A stretch of DNA of 64,000 nucleotides from Raillietiella orientalis (GCA_036172245.1 JAYWIR010000033.1:1302001-1366000), one strand, 5' to 3'. Numbered from the stretch's first letter, positions 1 to 13,950 are shown. Numbers and translations are program-made. Notes: generated from the letters alone by a model not told the origin.

Positions 1-2030
1 AACAAGAACCAACTTCTCAAGTAACTGTTTTATTTGTATTCAGACATCCTTAATTATCTGTCGGCTGTCCCTCCTCACCCCAGCCGCTTCTCCAGTGAGT
101 TGCACATCCCGTTGTCCTAGTCTGGAAGATCTCTGGTCATCACTCATTGTAAAATTTGTTCACTCACTTTCTCATTTTAAGTGACTCTACGTGACAGGGT
201 GGGAGAAATTCAGCCACTGAAACTCTCCCTCTGGGAGGAGGGGTAGGTTCTGCATTGATTCGCTAGGCAACCGACTTCCTGATCAGGGAAGAACGAGACG
301 CAATTTTCCTCTTGTTGGAACGTCCTCTATGCCTTTGCCGATTCGCTCCGGAATCCGTGGGGTTTCCATCGAGTGCTGGACATCCCTAACGCCTCAGACC
401 CCTAAGGGCACATCGACTCAAGCCACGAATCCTGCGAAGAGGACTCAGTAGATCGTCTAGGCTCACTTATCTATTCGAATTCTCGGCACACAGAAGAGCC
501 GACAGGTTTCGTGGAGCCAGGTTTGGTTATGCCTCCCACGGGGGCCACAGGGTTCAGTTCTCGTCTTCGCTAAGGATCCTCACACAGTATTGAGGTCTCC
601 TTCATTTTGTTTTCATCGTCGACTTCAAGCGCGGAGGCTCCTCACAATCGCGTTAGACTCTTTCACATAGAAGGATCCCTTGAATAGATAGCATTAAAAT
701 AGGTAAGGCTCTTATATTTTCTCATCTTCCCTATTCCACAGGCCTTCGTGAAGAGACCGGGATTCTCAAGGGTGTTCTGATTATAGACTCATCTCATGCT
801 TCTAATGTGCATCCAGGGAGGATCGGTTGCTAGAGCGCACTCAATTCTTCCATGATTCGCTTCACATGTCTCTTCAGAATCTTCGGTTGTCTCGGTGCTT
901 CATCTTCGCCGGATTCACAAATCCCAAGGATCGATGCTCTCACCAGGCACTCTCTTTGAAGAGGGAATGCACAGGGAGTCCTCGATGCGAACTCTCCTTC
1001 TTGTCTCCAGGGGATGATTTCCGGGTGCACGCTGCAAAGCAGAGGGCTGGAGTTTTCTTTCTTCTCTTTCGTGCCTGCACCTCAATCTTACTCCTCGTAT
1101 TCCAGATCAGCATGAAAACCCAGACTCTTTCGGTGCCTTTGCTGAGTACGCAGAGCGGGCGCCTGATCTCCAATGGAGTTGTCCACCTCCTGCCTTGACC
1201 ACTAGGTCAGGTTTCGGCTGAGAGTCTGTTCCAGGAATAGTCAGTCTGGTTTTTTTCACCCAGTCATGCTGATTGCAATCTCTGGTAGTCCCCTGATAGA
1301 GCTTCGAGATCTTGTGCCTTCCCGTCGATGCCTCCGTCCTATTTCACCTGTACCAGAAGACCACCATCTTGCTGGTGCACTTGAGGAAGCCACCATGCTC
1401 TAGCAAAGAGAGCGCACAAGGGATTCCCTTCCGCAAGAGGGCAAAGACACCCAGGCAAGTGCTGCTGGAATGCCGGATGCTGCGTTAGAGATGTAAGTGT
1501 GTCGCTAAAGCACTAAGTTCCACGATCGCCGCCCCAGCAGATCTCTTTAGAGAGAAGTCCACGTCTCCAGACTCGCTGGTCACCTCGTCGATGACAATCC
1601 TCCACCACTTACGAGCAACAAAGGCTGCCAAAAGGAGAAGGAATGTAGCCGATACTCTGTGATGGTGAGTCATTTGTGATCACCATCGCCTGCATGCGAA
1701 GAGTGGTGGAACGGTCCAATGTGGGAGGCGAGGCACGAGAGAGCCTTTCAACGCTTGTGGACAGACTGATCCAAAACTGCCGACCGTTCGGTCTCTTTCT
1801 GGCACGATGCAGGTCCATGGAAGTCAGGTGGAAAACGGTGAAGCCAATCCTTCCCATCCCCTGTGCATTGGACTTATTTACTGTGACTGCTCCTCTTCCT
1901 CCTCTCTTCTCACGTCCTGTTGCCTGCGAGGGCGGTGTCTTCGGGTTCGGGCCGGCGCATGTAGGTGTCCGGCTGTTTTGTTTCGGTTTATTTATTTATT
2001 TGCTATGAATAGTCCAGCCATCCGGGATGA
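1..2030 (+). mobile_element. Decayed L1/Tx1-type LINE, 3' part of ORF2 (post-RT, zf-RVT remnant) plus 3' UTR
   Basis: WEK...LPLGGGVG near 200-250 resembles WxxxxxPKxxGGLG. AHKGIP...CR near 1410-1480 resembles the zf-RVT lead-in. WNGPMWEARHERAFQ near 1705-1750 resembles IWxxRNxxxF. A pyrimidine/TTTA-rich tail follows at 1890-2005. Read by eye across frameshifts. Confidence 0.55.
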
Positions 2031-2034
2031 GATG

Positions 2035-3270
2035 GTCACACAGGGACCTTTATTTGATGAATAAAAACAAACAAGTGGTTGGCACAGTTCTAAAAACAAA
2101 ATCGGAAAAATGAAGTCCAGAGAGAGGGTTCAGCGACAAGCAGGTTGGGTTCTGAGGAAGTCCGGAATGTGAGGAAATGGAACAATAAATAAAGGGAAAG
2201 GGATCTTCGGCAGTGGACACTCCCACTGGCTCATTACCGGCGCTGAATGCCGGCGACCTCTGACTCGACTTCTTCCTGCAGGTGAGGCCACCTCCCAGCA
2301 GTCCTCGTGTTAGCGCCTCCCAGGCGGGGGTGACCTCCCTTCCCTGCGCCCCAGACTCTTGCACACGACAGGATGTGGAGTCCGCGCGGATGCAGCACTT
2401 CGTTGGAATCATGGCGCCTTCTGACTCCGCCTCTCGAGAAGAATCTCCGCAGAAACCTCTTGGAGGCGTCATCTGAAAGCAGGAGACCTGAAGGCAACCA
2501 CCGACACAGTCGGCGCCTCAGCCCAGTAATCGGTGAAGAAACGATCCAACGTTCCCGTCCCTGGAGGAGTGCGGTGAGGCTACTGTGTGACGCTGGTTGC
2601 ACTGGAAACCCGAGCGCGGGAACGGCAGCACATCCCCAAGGGAAACACCGGAGTGCTCGTACGCAAAAGGGGGATCGCAGGTTTCTCGGGAGGCACACTC
2701 GAGAGTTCTCCCCACCGAAGAAGTCGCTTTGCCCGGTATCGAGGAGTGACGGTGCATCCACCAGCTCGCTTATTTTCCGTCCATTCACGGGTCGGTCTGG
2801 TCATCGACCTCTAGATCCCCACTAGAAATCCCGAGGCGAGTCTTATACTCATATTGGCTCGTGAAGTAATTTCTCCCGTAGCTTTGCCCCAGTGTTTCTT
2901 CAATAGCTTCTTCAATAGCGGATGTAGATCTCCAGCCACTCGAATCGGAGTTGCCTCTCCATCGCATGTACGATGAGAACACCAAATTGGGAATCTCTCT
3001 TGGAGACACAAATATCTTTGAGGTGGACCTGCTGCCTCAATGCATCCCATCTGGTTTTTCTTAGGAAATGATGAGCAGGACGTCTTGCCTCTGCGGAAGG
3101 GACGCAAACAAAAAGTGGAGGAAAGAGGAGAAGGCGGCATAGGTATTCCGGATAAAGGCCTACTCCGGAGGCAGTTTCTACCGGTAGGAGTGTCAGCTTT
3201 ACCTTCATCTTCCTGAGACGATCGGATCGAGCTTCGAGTGCATGAAAGTCCCTAAGTGGAACACCCAATT
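2035..3270 (-). mobile_element. Decayed LINE, ORF2 post-RT region, degenerate C-terminus and 3' UTR
   Basis: ORF 2912-3268 reads GVPL...HHFLRKTRW...VHLKDICVSKRDSQFGV...FEWL, matching YLGxP / FLW / VxWxxICxPKxxGGLG. KRLLRWGEL lies near 2700-2730. The 3' UTR ends with AATAAA at about 2048-2053 on the minus strand. Confidence 0.75.
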
Positions 3271-3279
3271 ACTTCAGGC

Positions 3280-6095
3280 ATTCACTGCTGAGATGCTTAA
3301 CTGGACCCAGCCCTGCAAACGGCGATCCAGTAGTCACGACCGCAGGCTCCTGCTTGTTCACTCCTATCCCTGTCCCTGAGGATGAACCGGAGCTGCAGAA
3401 GCAGCAATTGGTCGGCGTACGCTGCCACGGCCGGCGTGCACGGGGAATGAGGCGGAAGGGACTCCAAGGTGAGCCCATACCCTCCAGCACCGACTTAGAG
3501 TATCAGCTGAAAAGCAGAGCGCCTCCCTGCTGATTTTCTCTCCTCAGCAGCACATCACGCGCATTGGCGACCGCTGACAAAGACGGTCGTCGGCGCCGAG
3601 TGCCAGGTCGCGCGCAGAAAGTCCACTAAAGTGGGCAGAAGGCCGAGGCGTTTAAGGAGCTTCAGTGGAAGTTCCTGATCGACGTGATGGCCGAGTGGTG
3701 TCCATCACTCCTCGCAGGAACGCCCCCCACAGTTCCGAAAGCAACATGGTGGCCGAGTTCACCAGAATGGTCGGACTCCAGCAGTTCAGACTGCATAGGT
3801 CACCTCCCTTCGGAAGTGTTCTCAGGACTTTTGTTTTGCTTAGAGGAAAAGGGACATCACTGGTATCTCGAGTCAGAGAAGATACCAGTAGCAACAGAGG
3901 GTTCAGTTCTCCGCGAAGCATTTGAAGAATTTCGCGACAAGACCGTCCTCTTCCTGGTGATTCCTTGCTCCTTCAAGGAACACAAATGGGGAAAAAAATC
4001 CCTCCCTGGAGGGAAGGGCTCATCAGAGCGAACATGCTTCACTTCATCTATGAAAGGATCACTCTCCATAAACAACAACTGAGATGCTGCGCTGTCCAAA
4101 GGGGTCCCTGCGTGCAGTGAGGTCGAGTCGCTCCTTGATCTGAATCGCCGCCTAGATCTCCGGGTTCCCATTGAGCAGTGCCCGCACGGATACGGAAAGG
4201 TTAAGCCCCTGGAATACGAAAATGCAAGAGGCTCGCTGTTCACCTGGGGGTGCTCTGCAACGTGATGCTGCTTGGAACGTGGTCTTTTCTTGATCCCGGT
4301 GCTTTGCGATGCGAGATGTCCGTGAAATTCCGCTTAGTCTCAAGGAGATTTTCTTCTTCACGGGTGCATCAAACGTAATCTGGAGCGCTCCCTTTCGTTC
4401 GCCCACTCCGTACCTCCATCCAGCTGGGAGTCTGTCCGCCTGACCCCACCGGACCTTCCCGGAACAGCTGCTGAGCCTGCTTCGTTTCCGTTCGGTCGGC
4501 AGGATGGGACATCCAGGCGTTTTCGTCAGCTGCTGGCAGTGCGTGCAACCTCTTCTGCACCAATGAGAGAAAAGCTTCTCGCGCAATAACCAAGCCGGAA
4601 TCCGACGAAGTTGGCAGGCTGAAAGAACGACTCCCTTCAAAGTTTGTCGGACTCGTCAGGCGGACTGGAGTCTTCCGGGAGCTGTTTTGCTCCCGTTTGA
4701 TCTTTGTTCAGTCTCTCTCTGCAGCCGATTCGTGCCCATTGCTTTGAGCTGCTCTGGTCTCGCGACTTGAGGCACGCACTGCACCCCTCCGAGCGTGGGT
4801 GGAACCGTGGTGCACGAATCGGAGTCATCGAAAGCATCCATTCTTTTGGAAACGCACAGGTCTTTTCCGATAGAGAGCACCTTGCTGCTCCCCCTTCGGG
4901 ATGACGCACTGTTTTTCCCTACATGATTCCCCCCCATGCTCCAGGAAGAAATCACAAAGACGAAACGTTGAAATTGTCCGAAAGTAAAATTCAGATCCTC
5001 CTGAAGACTTGAAAACTGCGGGAGACAGGACAAGTTAAGGTAGGGTGTTTCCTTCTCGGGTGTCACTTTTTTGAGACTGCGTCCAGAGGAATCGCGATCG
5101 CTCCAGAACCTCCGACGCAAATCACTGGGAGATCCCCTGAAGGATTAAATGCAGTGGTCCGTGATAGTCGCCACACCCTTGCTGCAGCACTGCCTGCCCT
5201 CAGAGCAAGAAATGACAGCAGCCAACCGGCGAAGTGGGAGTTTTCCTGCATCATTGCAGGAGTAGAGAAACTCCTGGGCAGTTGGAAGACGAGGAGGGAG
5301 TTGGCGAACGCCGCCACTCATTTCCTGGCAAAGGAACTGCTTCGCTAGAGTGAATTGCTTGGTGTACCCCCCTAAGAATTCGTGGTCCTTCCCCTGCATG
5401 AGAACACCTTTGTGTTCCCGCTACGGTAGAAACAGGATGTCCTGTTGTTTCCACACTGGGACTTCCAATGCAATGAGCGCAGACAGTCGCTTTCCAGGGG
5501 AGTTGCCTCCCTGCGCTATTTGAGGCGAGGGGTGATGGATGGAGTCGTTTAAGCACCTCCTGTTGGACAGCAGTGTCCTGGAGGACTTCTGGCGGAAACT
5601 CACCTCGGCGGTCCGCTTCCCAAAGGGCAACTCTTTGGACTTGCCGAGGAGCATCTTCTTTCAAGGTGGGCTGAAGACGGACGCCGTGGTCGCAGCGATC
5701 TCTTGCATCGCTACTATGTGTTGGAGTCTCGTTCGTAGCGAAGAAAGGCCACCAGCATGGCAGCAGCAGCCCTCATGAGGACAGCAGCAAAGTGGCCTCA
5801 TCTTCTAGAAGAAGTCTCCAGGGAGATCGCCTCCGCCCGGAGCCGCTTCTAGAAGGGTAGAAACGTCTTCAACAAAAGACCTTGTCCCCACCCTCCCATC
5901 TTTTTTTATTTATTTATTGTCCTCTCCCTCTGTTTCCTACTTTTTAGAAGCCTCCTTGTAAACCGGTGCTCAACCTAAAGAATTTCTCCTTTTTTTGAGC
6001 ATTTCTCGTTTTTGAGGGGTTCCTTTTCCCTCCTCCTTGTAATTTGTTTTTTTTTTTTTTGAAAAAAAACGTCCCTGCGTCATTGAGTAAAAGCC
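3280..6095 (+). mobile_element. Decayed LINE ORF2 from RT through zf-RVT to 3' UTR
   Basis: KAEAFKELQWKFLIDVM (~3638-3690, KAFDxxxWxFL). FTRMVGLQQ...SP (RGLRQGxPLSP). EFRDKTVLF (FADD site). SLSINN (SGLxIN). PCAI...ESFKHLLLDS...FW (~5510-5590, zf-RVT). T-rich 3' UTR at 5880-6070. Confidence 0.8.
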
Positions 6096-6129
6096 TGGGC
6101 TCGCAGCCGGACTCATGTTCGTAGGTCCA

Positions 6130-6800
6130 GATCCAAGAGCACCCTTCAAGAATGCAAATGCAATGTCATGTTGGTGCGCGACGTGTTCCCATGCACTCTC
6201 GTTAGTTTCTTGTGCACGTCATCCGTGGATCACAGCACGGTCCTCTTTCTCAGCAGCCCGGCAGATGGAAAGCCATCCGTGTTTGATGTGAAATTCTGGA
6301 ACGAAGGGTACGTTTCGGATCTCCGGTCGCCAGCGGAAGCGAGAGCGGGAACTCTGCTGGATGCAGAGAAGAGCATTCTCTCTGCACCAAGGAAGGAAGG
6401 AGGTAGAAATCCTTTCCCGACGGAACCTCTCTTAATGAAGCTGCGGAATCTGGTCTCGGATCTGGGCCTCGAAAAGATTAGGTTCTGGTAAAAGATGGAA
6501 CCAAACAAATTAAATAAGTGAATATTTCGGACCCTTTTGAAATGAAACTAAAGAAGGTGACCTCTCTGCTGGAGTGTTGGCCAGCAGTTCAAGCTGGAAG
6601 CACTTCAGAGTGTAACTGCGAGCGGAGCAGGCGGACGATTCGACTGTGTGTGAGATTGTACTCAACGAAAAATGGCGCAAAATCCATAATGCCTGCATCT
6701 GCTCGGGCGGCATTATTCCATTCGGTGCCTAAGATGAACTGCACAGAGGAAATCTGAGTGTTTTATTTATTTATTTTTTGCGTTTGTTTGTTTTTGTTTC
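6130..6800 (+). mobile_element. LINE fragment: endonuclease C-terminus and EN-RT linker
   Basis: ORF 6168-6491 contains SVDHSTVL (SDHxP) followed by FDVKFWN (FxFxNxW) and linker-like sequence. Confidence 0.5.
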
Positions 6801-6899
6801 AGGATGTGCCTTCTCAATGGCCATATGAAATTGATCGACCCTCTTGAAATTCAAGAGCATAGCAAACGTATGCGACGTCAGAGCTAAATGATGAACTCC

Positions 6900-9400
6900 G
6901 CAGAATTCCCATTACTTGCTGTTGCATTATGAGAAAGTCTCATTTATCCCATGGAATCCTGGAAATTCGAAAGGGACACAAATCACTTGCAGAATGAGCA
7001 GAGAGTCTTCTTGCATTTGAAAGAGTCGTGTGTGTGTATTGAAGACTTTTGGAAGTTCCTCCTTGTTTCTAGCTAGGGGTCTTTGAAAACCGATGGCGAG
7101 TGAGTGCACATCGTTCCGTTTGCCCACAAGCATCCTCTAAATCGAAGGTACTGGCCATTTTTTCTCATTTTCCCTCTCTCTCTCTCTCTCGAGGAATCGT
7201 GATCGCGGGATCAACGCACGCCTCACCAAAAAATCGAAATTTTCGCCAAAGTTCCTTGGCAAAGAATTTCCCTCCCACAACTTCGGAATCGAAGCATCCG
7301 TTACTATCCAGCTTCTGTTGCACGGAACGGTGGCACACGTTCCACGCGAACATCATCATCCGAAAGCATGCACGCTCGGACTTGGAAATCGCGAGAGGCA
7401 GATTCGTTTCCTGGGAAACGGAGCGGAGGAGCGGGCTGTTCCGCGCAACCTCCAGAATTATTGAAATTACCGCCAGGGGATGATGGCAAGGGAAAACTCC
7501 CAACAGGATGTTGACTTTCTGCAAGAAGCGTGGCAGCTGCTTCCGACAGACTTCGAAAACGGACCGTTTGAAAATTCTGATTCACCGTAAAGGAGAGATG
7601 GTAGAGCAAGAAATCGCAGCGCAATCATCATCCAGACCCTTTGAGAAAGAACCGAAAACTGGTCCTAATGCGTCACGGTGATGAAAGCCAATGCTGAGTC
7701 AGATGCTCGGATGCTAACTAATCAAAAACAGTACGTGTAGCTCCGTTCTTCTCCGACTCCTGCATGATAAATCCCATGTTTCTAACATCGATTTTCATCC
7801 ATAGGAAGCGCAGAAGACATTACTCATCCACCTCTGAAATCTTTACAGGAGCCGAAAATCCAAGCACTCTTCGGGGAAGACCGCTTTCTGTGTTAACACT
7901 TTCTAATCCCATACTCATCTCGGCTAAGAAATAGAATCGAACTTCGAGACTTTGTTTTCCAATCCTCCATATCAGGAACCATTAGATAGGATTCCGGGAT
8001 CCAGGAGACGCAAGAGGCAGGAAGTTTCCCCAGAGCTTACCTGATAAGAGTGAGCTGTCTTGCAGACGTTTTTGATGCGTTGGCTGGCAAGTCAAGAAGA
8101 CTCCCATGCGACAGATTTCTGAAAATTGATTAAATTTCAGAGATGCCAATTCATCTTGTTGCCAAGGAACCGTGTTCCTGGGATTTGAGCTTTACCGTGG
8201 AAACAACAGTGAGAGGTTTTGACACCTTTCGAGACACTTCAGCAAAGGAGAGGGCATCTTGAAGGAAACACCTGACCTCGCTCGCGTGCAGCTGCGACAA
8301 CACCTTTTGCCATCCAACATCGTTTTCTCTAAGTGCATAGAGACTGCGTACAGTTCCTCAGATTCATATCATAATAAAGCATCTTCTCCTAATTCCGTGG
8401 CTATTAGTTGACGAGTACACGGATGAGTTTCGCGTGCACACGTGCCCAGGGAGCTAGAGAGCTCTCTTGAGCTCCTAGCAACCAGAGGCAGGGAGAAGGC
8501 AAGAAGTTCCCTCCACCCCACAGGAAACTCCCTCTTCGCAAATTCGTGAACCAAACATCTCACATCGTGAAAGACACTGCTCACCAGTACACAGTCATTC
8601 CGTACATTGTGCGTTCAGATGTTTCGTGTCCAGGTGGAATCGTATCCATCCACGGTGGCGTTGCTGGACACAAAAGTGAGTTATGCAGGCATGCGTTTTC
8701 AAAGTCCTCTCAGCTTCTTAGTTTCGTTGCTGAGGAAACACAGGAACAGCATTATGTCTATCCAAGTGACCTACTTTCCTTTCTTCTTCATCCCGTACTG
8801 AAGTCGGAGGCTGATCTTCTGAACGGAGGATCAGAGAAAGTGCAATCTCAGCAAGGCGTTTCGTCGTTTTAGAGGAGGATCCGGATGCAGCAGGTGTTCA
8901 AGAGATGTTTTTTTTTTTTGGTGTGTGTGTGTGTTCTTGCTTTTTTCAGGATGCAGCTCTGTCGAACAGATTTTAATCCCGCGTTTCCGATTTGCAGCTT
9001 CCATTTCTGAGGTCGGAACACGCTTGCTGGTTTGGGTCGTGGGAAGCTGAAAGCTGGACCTCTGGAGACTCGACTGTGTGGGTCTTGCTCGGAGGTTTTC
9101 TAGATTGCGTCCGGGATCTAGTACTCGTCCAGAGGAGAAGAGTGGTCATCGTGGACGCCACCTGCCCTTTGAGAGCAGGAGGTGCACCTCTCGTTCTGCA
9201 TTGCTCGGGAAAGATGGTCGGTTTCCCTGGAGACCATGGACCACTAGAGCCCTAATAGTTGGTTTGCAGGGTTGTGGGATCTTGAAATGAAGATGTGAGC
9301 TGGATGCTCTACTGCGAGGAGAGGAACAGATTGCAAGGAGGTAATTCTCTAGAGGGAGTCTCATGGCTACCTCTAGCAAAGCCACGACATGCACTGGATC
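6900..9400 (-). mobile_element. Internally deleted, decayed LINE ORF2 (EN remnant, RT C-terminus, zf-RVT remnant)
   Basis: EN-like DPVHVVALLE and SSGRVLD at 8960-9400. TWIDIMLFL (~8750, FADD position). FAWNVCHRSV (zf-RVT lead-in) in ORF 7165-7524. GKRN near 7120. Confidence 0.55.
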
Positions 9401-10599
9401 CACAGATCAAATTTTATTTATTATCCAGTCGCATAAAGTAATAACAAATGAAATGTAAAAAAATTATACCGAGAGCGAAAGCATAATGAAACCCCAAAGT
9501 CGATGTATCTATCGTGTTAGGAAATTCACCCATACTTCTGCCACATTAGTAATTAACTTTCACGCACTCGTCCTCTCCGCTGCAACGAGCATGCTCTCAC
9601 TAAAGTATTCCTTGATTTTTATGTGAAAACAGGGATGTTTTTGAGGATAAAACCTGCCGCACCTCCTTTCTGCTACTGAGCACGTGCTTACTCGTCTTTT
9701 CAACTTTTTATCATAAACATCCTTACCTTAGATGTTGTAGATTGTTAGTTATCCACTATCAATCCAAGCATTCAAGGTTTCATGCTTTTCAAAGCATATT
9801 TTTCTAAAACTTCCAGGACGTGATTCCAAATATTCAAGCATATGAAACGCCAGGTGAAGAATAAAATACCTACATATAAATATCGGAGTAGGCTTTTATG
9901 ATTACTCCACATGAAATTAAAATACATGCTGTATAATCAGAAAGGCAAAAAATGGAAAACTGTGGGAATTTTCAAAAGAATCAAATTCAAACAACCACAC
10001 GAGGTAGAAACGCAGGGCGTTGGCATTCTAGAGGAACCGGTGCTGGCGCCGGTTGGGTGGAGGAAATTCTGGAGGCGACGGCATGGCCTCAGGCGGACGG
10101 GACGTGAGGCTACGCGACGCGTGGGACATGAAGCTGGCGAGGCGATCCTTTCATCCTGCCGAAATGCTCCCGTTGACTGAACGAGCAGGACTGGCCTCCG
10201 CCTACGTTCCCGGATTTTTCGGCTCTTTCCAAGCATCGGCGTCCCGGCTGTCCCGGGAATCAATGGGCGGACGACGGTTTCAAGGGAAGGGGAAAATCTC
10301 TGGGTCGCTGTTTGCTCCCACTGGCACATCATTTATGATCACAAGCACAAATAAATCTTTCGGGAAATATCTTGGGCTCTTTAGAACGGGCAGCAGCATG
10401 GTCAAAGCCTTTTCGCTGGACAAGGTCGCGTCTAAACGACGACTCCACGCTGGGTGCCTTTGGTCATCAGCCAAGAGCCCCTGCAGACTGTTGAAGACCA
10501 GAGCTGCTCCAGCCGCGGCGTGAGTGGAGCAACTGAAGTCCCAGCATCCCTACAGCATATGCAATCCTATTCAAGTAAGGAATCCCAGAATCTCCGTGC

Positions 10600-12050
10600 T
10601 TCATAAAGGATAAGCAGATCTACTAATTATGCATACCGATGCGTTCGTACCAGTGCTGCCTCATTGGGGATTTTCCAGTACTGACAATGTATTGTACAGT
10701 AGACACAGGTGTAACCAGACAATGCTATTCCTGAAAACAGACAGACACGAAGAACCCGAGATGCTTCAGCATGTGTACCGCCGAAACAGATTACCAGTGT
10801 ACATATACTAGAAGCTTTTCTTTTCTTTTCTTTTTTCTGAATGTTGGTTTTGAGATGAGATAGCATGTGGATGATGAGCGAAAACACTGGTGTTCACGTG
10901 ATGCAGACTTGGACCCAGGCTGAAGCCAAGGGTGAATCACCTTAAAAACGTTCGGTTGGTGAACCCAAGGAAGCAATCCGGAGGTGCCTTCAAGGATGGG
11001 GAACAAAACTGAGCATGACCATCGCGAGGAGTAAATAAAATTGACCGTTTCTTCAAGGTGGACGCAAGTGAGGCATTCAACACGCTAAAAGCCTTATTTC
11101 CAACGAGAAGAGTCCATCGAGTCCAAGGACCAAAGGACATCACCGCAAACTGGAGCAGTTTCGAAACTCCAGGACCAAAAATGCACTGATTGCATCAACC
11201 CATTGCAATTTTCTTCGCTTTTCTCCTATCCTTTGCGGACTGATCCACTCCACTTCCTGCATTTAGCTTTTAATTTCCCAGGGAGATTTTGTTACTAAAA
11301 GACGACATTCATAATATTACGAGATTAAAAAGGATACCAACAGCCACACTGAGCACCACCAGACGCGCTTTATTCAGATCTCATCCCACTATTGAGAGTT
11401 CATGACTGCTGGTGCTGATAATTGACTGAACGGGCAATCTTCCTCGAGTTGCGAGGACGTGGCTGGAGGCGAGAGTTCCTCCCAGCTTTTGAAAGAGGAC
11501 ACCAGAGTTTCCTTCGTCCTTTTCAAATCTTCAAGGATGGGAAGCCACACTTTCCTGTGCCGTGAGATTAGCTGTAAGCCTCCATCTTCCGGCTTCCCAG
11601 CTCAACAGACTTTCAAAGCCGAAGTTCAGGAAATATCTTTGATCCTTTCACTTTATGCCAGACTTACGAACTTACGAAGAGTTTGCGTTGCTGTGACAAT
11701 CTGCCGCTCCAGCTTCCCTGTGATGCAATGCCGTTTCCTTCTTCTTCTGAAGAATCGTTTACCGAACGATAAAGCGTAGTGGCTGCAAGCACAACACCTC
11801 TCCTTGCATCTGTGGAAATCCCTTTCCCGTATGGAACCAACGCTCCTCATCTGTCATGACCCACCATCAGTTGCCTGTTTTTACGCCTTAGCATGAAGAT
11901 CTCACCTTTGGATCAGTTTGCGATCTGCGTTTCCATTTCTGCGCCCCCTCGAAATCCCTAGCGGTGCAAAGCCGCATCTCTGCAGAAGAATTGTGCGCCC
12001 TCGAGCGAGTTGATGAGCCAGCAGTAAGCATCCGATCTCTTTTCTCTATT
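10600..12050 (-). mobile_element. Decayed LINE RT N-terminal half joined to a C-terminal remnant
   Basis: WLLVSFLIS (~11320-11350, WRPISLLN). QSVHFWSW (~11170-11195, QSxFxPGR). NKAFSVLN...STLKK (ORF 10937-11143, KAFD motif). Confidence 0.5.
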
Positions 12051-12099
12051 CCCAGTAAAGCTGCACTCAGCCTCCGGCTGGAGTCGGAACTCGGAACTG

Positions 12100-13950
12100 G
12101 AGCTCTCCGAACTGTTACCGGGGTTCGGGGAAAACTATGAGGTTGGAACCGGATGCAGAGCTTTTGAATCTGATAGTCCCCGAATCAAGGCGAAGCACCC
12201 CGAACTGGACTCATTTTGAGATACTTCTGGCTTACAAACTCAGCAGCAGTTTTTAGTTGTGATGGAGATGGCTGCTCTTCTTGCGACCAAGAAAGCGTCT
12301 CTCGGAAGAACCTCATGCCTCGCAGCATGTCTCCGAGTCCTGCCGGCACGTCACCCACGAGGATCTCCGCTTCCAAGGAATGCTTTCCCTGGTGCTTCCA
12401 TGATTTACTTGTTCTTTTGCCGCGTGGAACCCTTCCTTTCCCTCCTTTCCATCTTCCAATGCTCTGCAATTTGTTACCAACATTTGTTGTGCCGTGGCTC
12501 CCAGTGGTCCGTGGCTTCGAGCTCCACGAATCGCTCTCTTTCGGTGACTGAGTGCTCGTGGTGGCCCCGAGAGGTGGGCTTCCACCTCTTGCTTCACACA
12601 AGAGACTCTTCTCCCATCCGACCTCACAAGTGATGCGCCGAAGGCGAAGTTGCAAACGGGGGGATCTGGAAGCTGCTTTGCAAGCGGCAACTGAAGCACG
12701 CAAAGAAAGGAGGGCAAGACGAAAATTTCGCCTGCTGTCCGCAGATGAGCTCGAGGGAATCTGCTCCATCTGGAAAGCGGCCTAGATAACATCCTTCCGT
12801 GTGCTGGAAGTGCTGACTCAACAGGGCGCCAACAAATTCCCGCAGCGATCGACTACTCTTTACTCCGAATTCTGATGGCCCTCTTCGCTATGGAAGCTCT
12901 ACTTTCACCTGAAGTCTGAGATCCAATCTTTTATAAAAAAAGAAAAACAAAAAGGACAGGCAATTTCAACTAGGGTGTCTTCCCCTTATCTTTGGCGATC
13001 AGGGAGAGTCGGAGCTCGAAGGCAGCTTTGGTAGGGACGAGCCGTCCTCATTAGAGTTTCAGAGATCGAACACCATTTGTGCATCAAGCAGCACTTCGAA
13101 TACTTTTTCGCCTGAGATTTCCCTCTTCTGAATATCAAATTGAAAATGCAATGACGCTATGGTCTCGCAGGAAGTGGTACCCTTAGATAAAGGGGTTTTC
13201 ACTCACCAGAAGGGACCAGCAGCTGGAAATTTGGTGTTCGCGCAGACTGCATCCACTATGGGAATACAAAGATAACATCAGCAAGGAAAATCTGGATGTA
13301 TGGAGTGATTGGAGCACATTGCTTTTTAAGGCCGTCATGATAGAGAACGATGCTTAAGAAGAAACCACCTGAAGAAAAGAAAGCAGCATCCTTAAAGAGT
13401 TCTGGATGTAAACCTGAAAATCCAAATGTGCAGTCGCTGGTCACTGGTCTTACCAGGGTGGCCGGTAATTTGCTGAAGTGCTGTTCTCAGAGAAATACTT
13501 ACATCACTGCCTTGTCTTCTGTGATATGGTGTAGGGATTCAACTCCGAGGTGAATGGTTCCGAATCAAAGCATCCTTCTGACGAGCTTCTCTCACTGTCC
13601 CAGAATGTCATCCCTCGCGAATCCGGAGACGCAGTGACCCGGGTTGGATTAGCTGTGGTTAGGTCACGTTAGGTCATGTCTAGTTCGCAGTGCCCACTCT
13701 AAGAAGATGATATGGAGAAGCTTGGAACTGCCATTCCGTAGGTCAGCTTGTGAGGAAAGGCTCGGTCAGCCTTGAAGTGAAGCAAAGAGAGAGGTCGCCA
13801 GACATCAGCTCATTTGACGCCGTATCTCTCGTGCCATATCTCACGGACTCAAATATTAATCACGGGGATGTGAGAAAGGCGCCAAGATAAACAGAGCCAG
13901 TGTAGGAGGAAGTAAAGAGGGATTTATTTTCTCCTTACCAACCGTTCTTC
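12100..13950 (-). mobile_element. Probable decayed LINE ORF1 region
   Basis: A degenerate CCHC-knuckle-like segment (LLSQHFQHTEGC) lies at ~12785-12830, followed by low-complexity basic/Ser-rich sequence. 12810-12900 is visibly homologous to 14875-14965. Confidence 0.4.

Noticed and set aside
9400..10000. AT-rich stretches (also 51050-51900) as MITEs or promoters
   Set aside because: I saw no terminal inverted repeats, TSDs or associated gene, so they are left unassigned.
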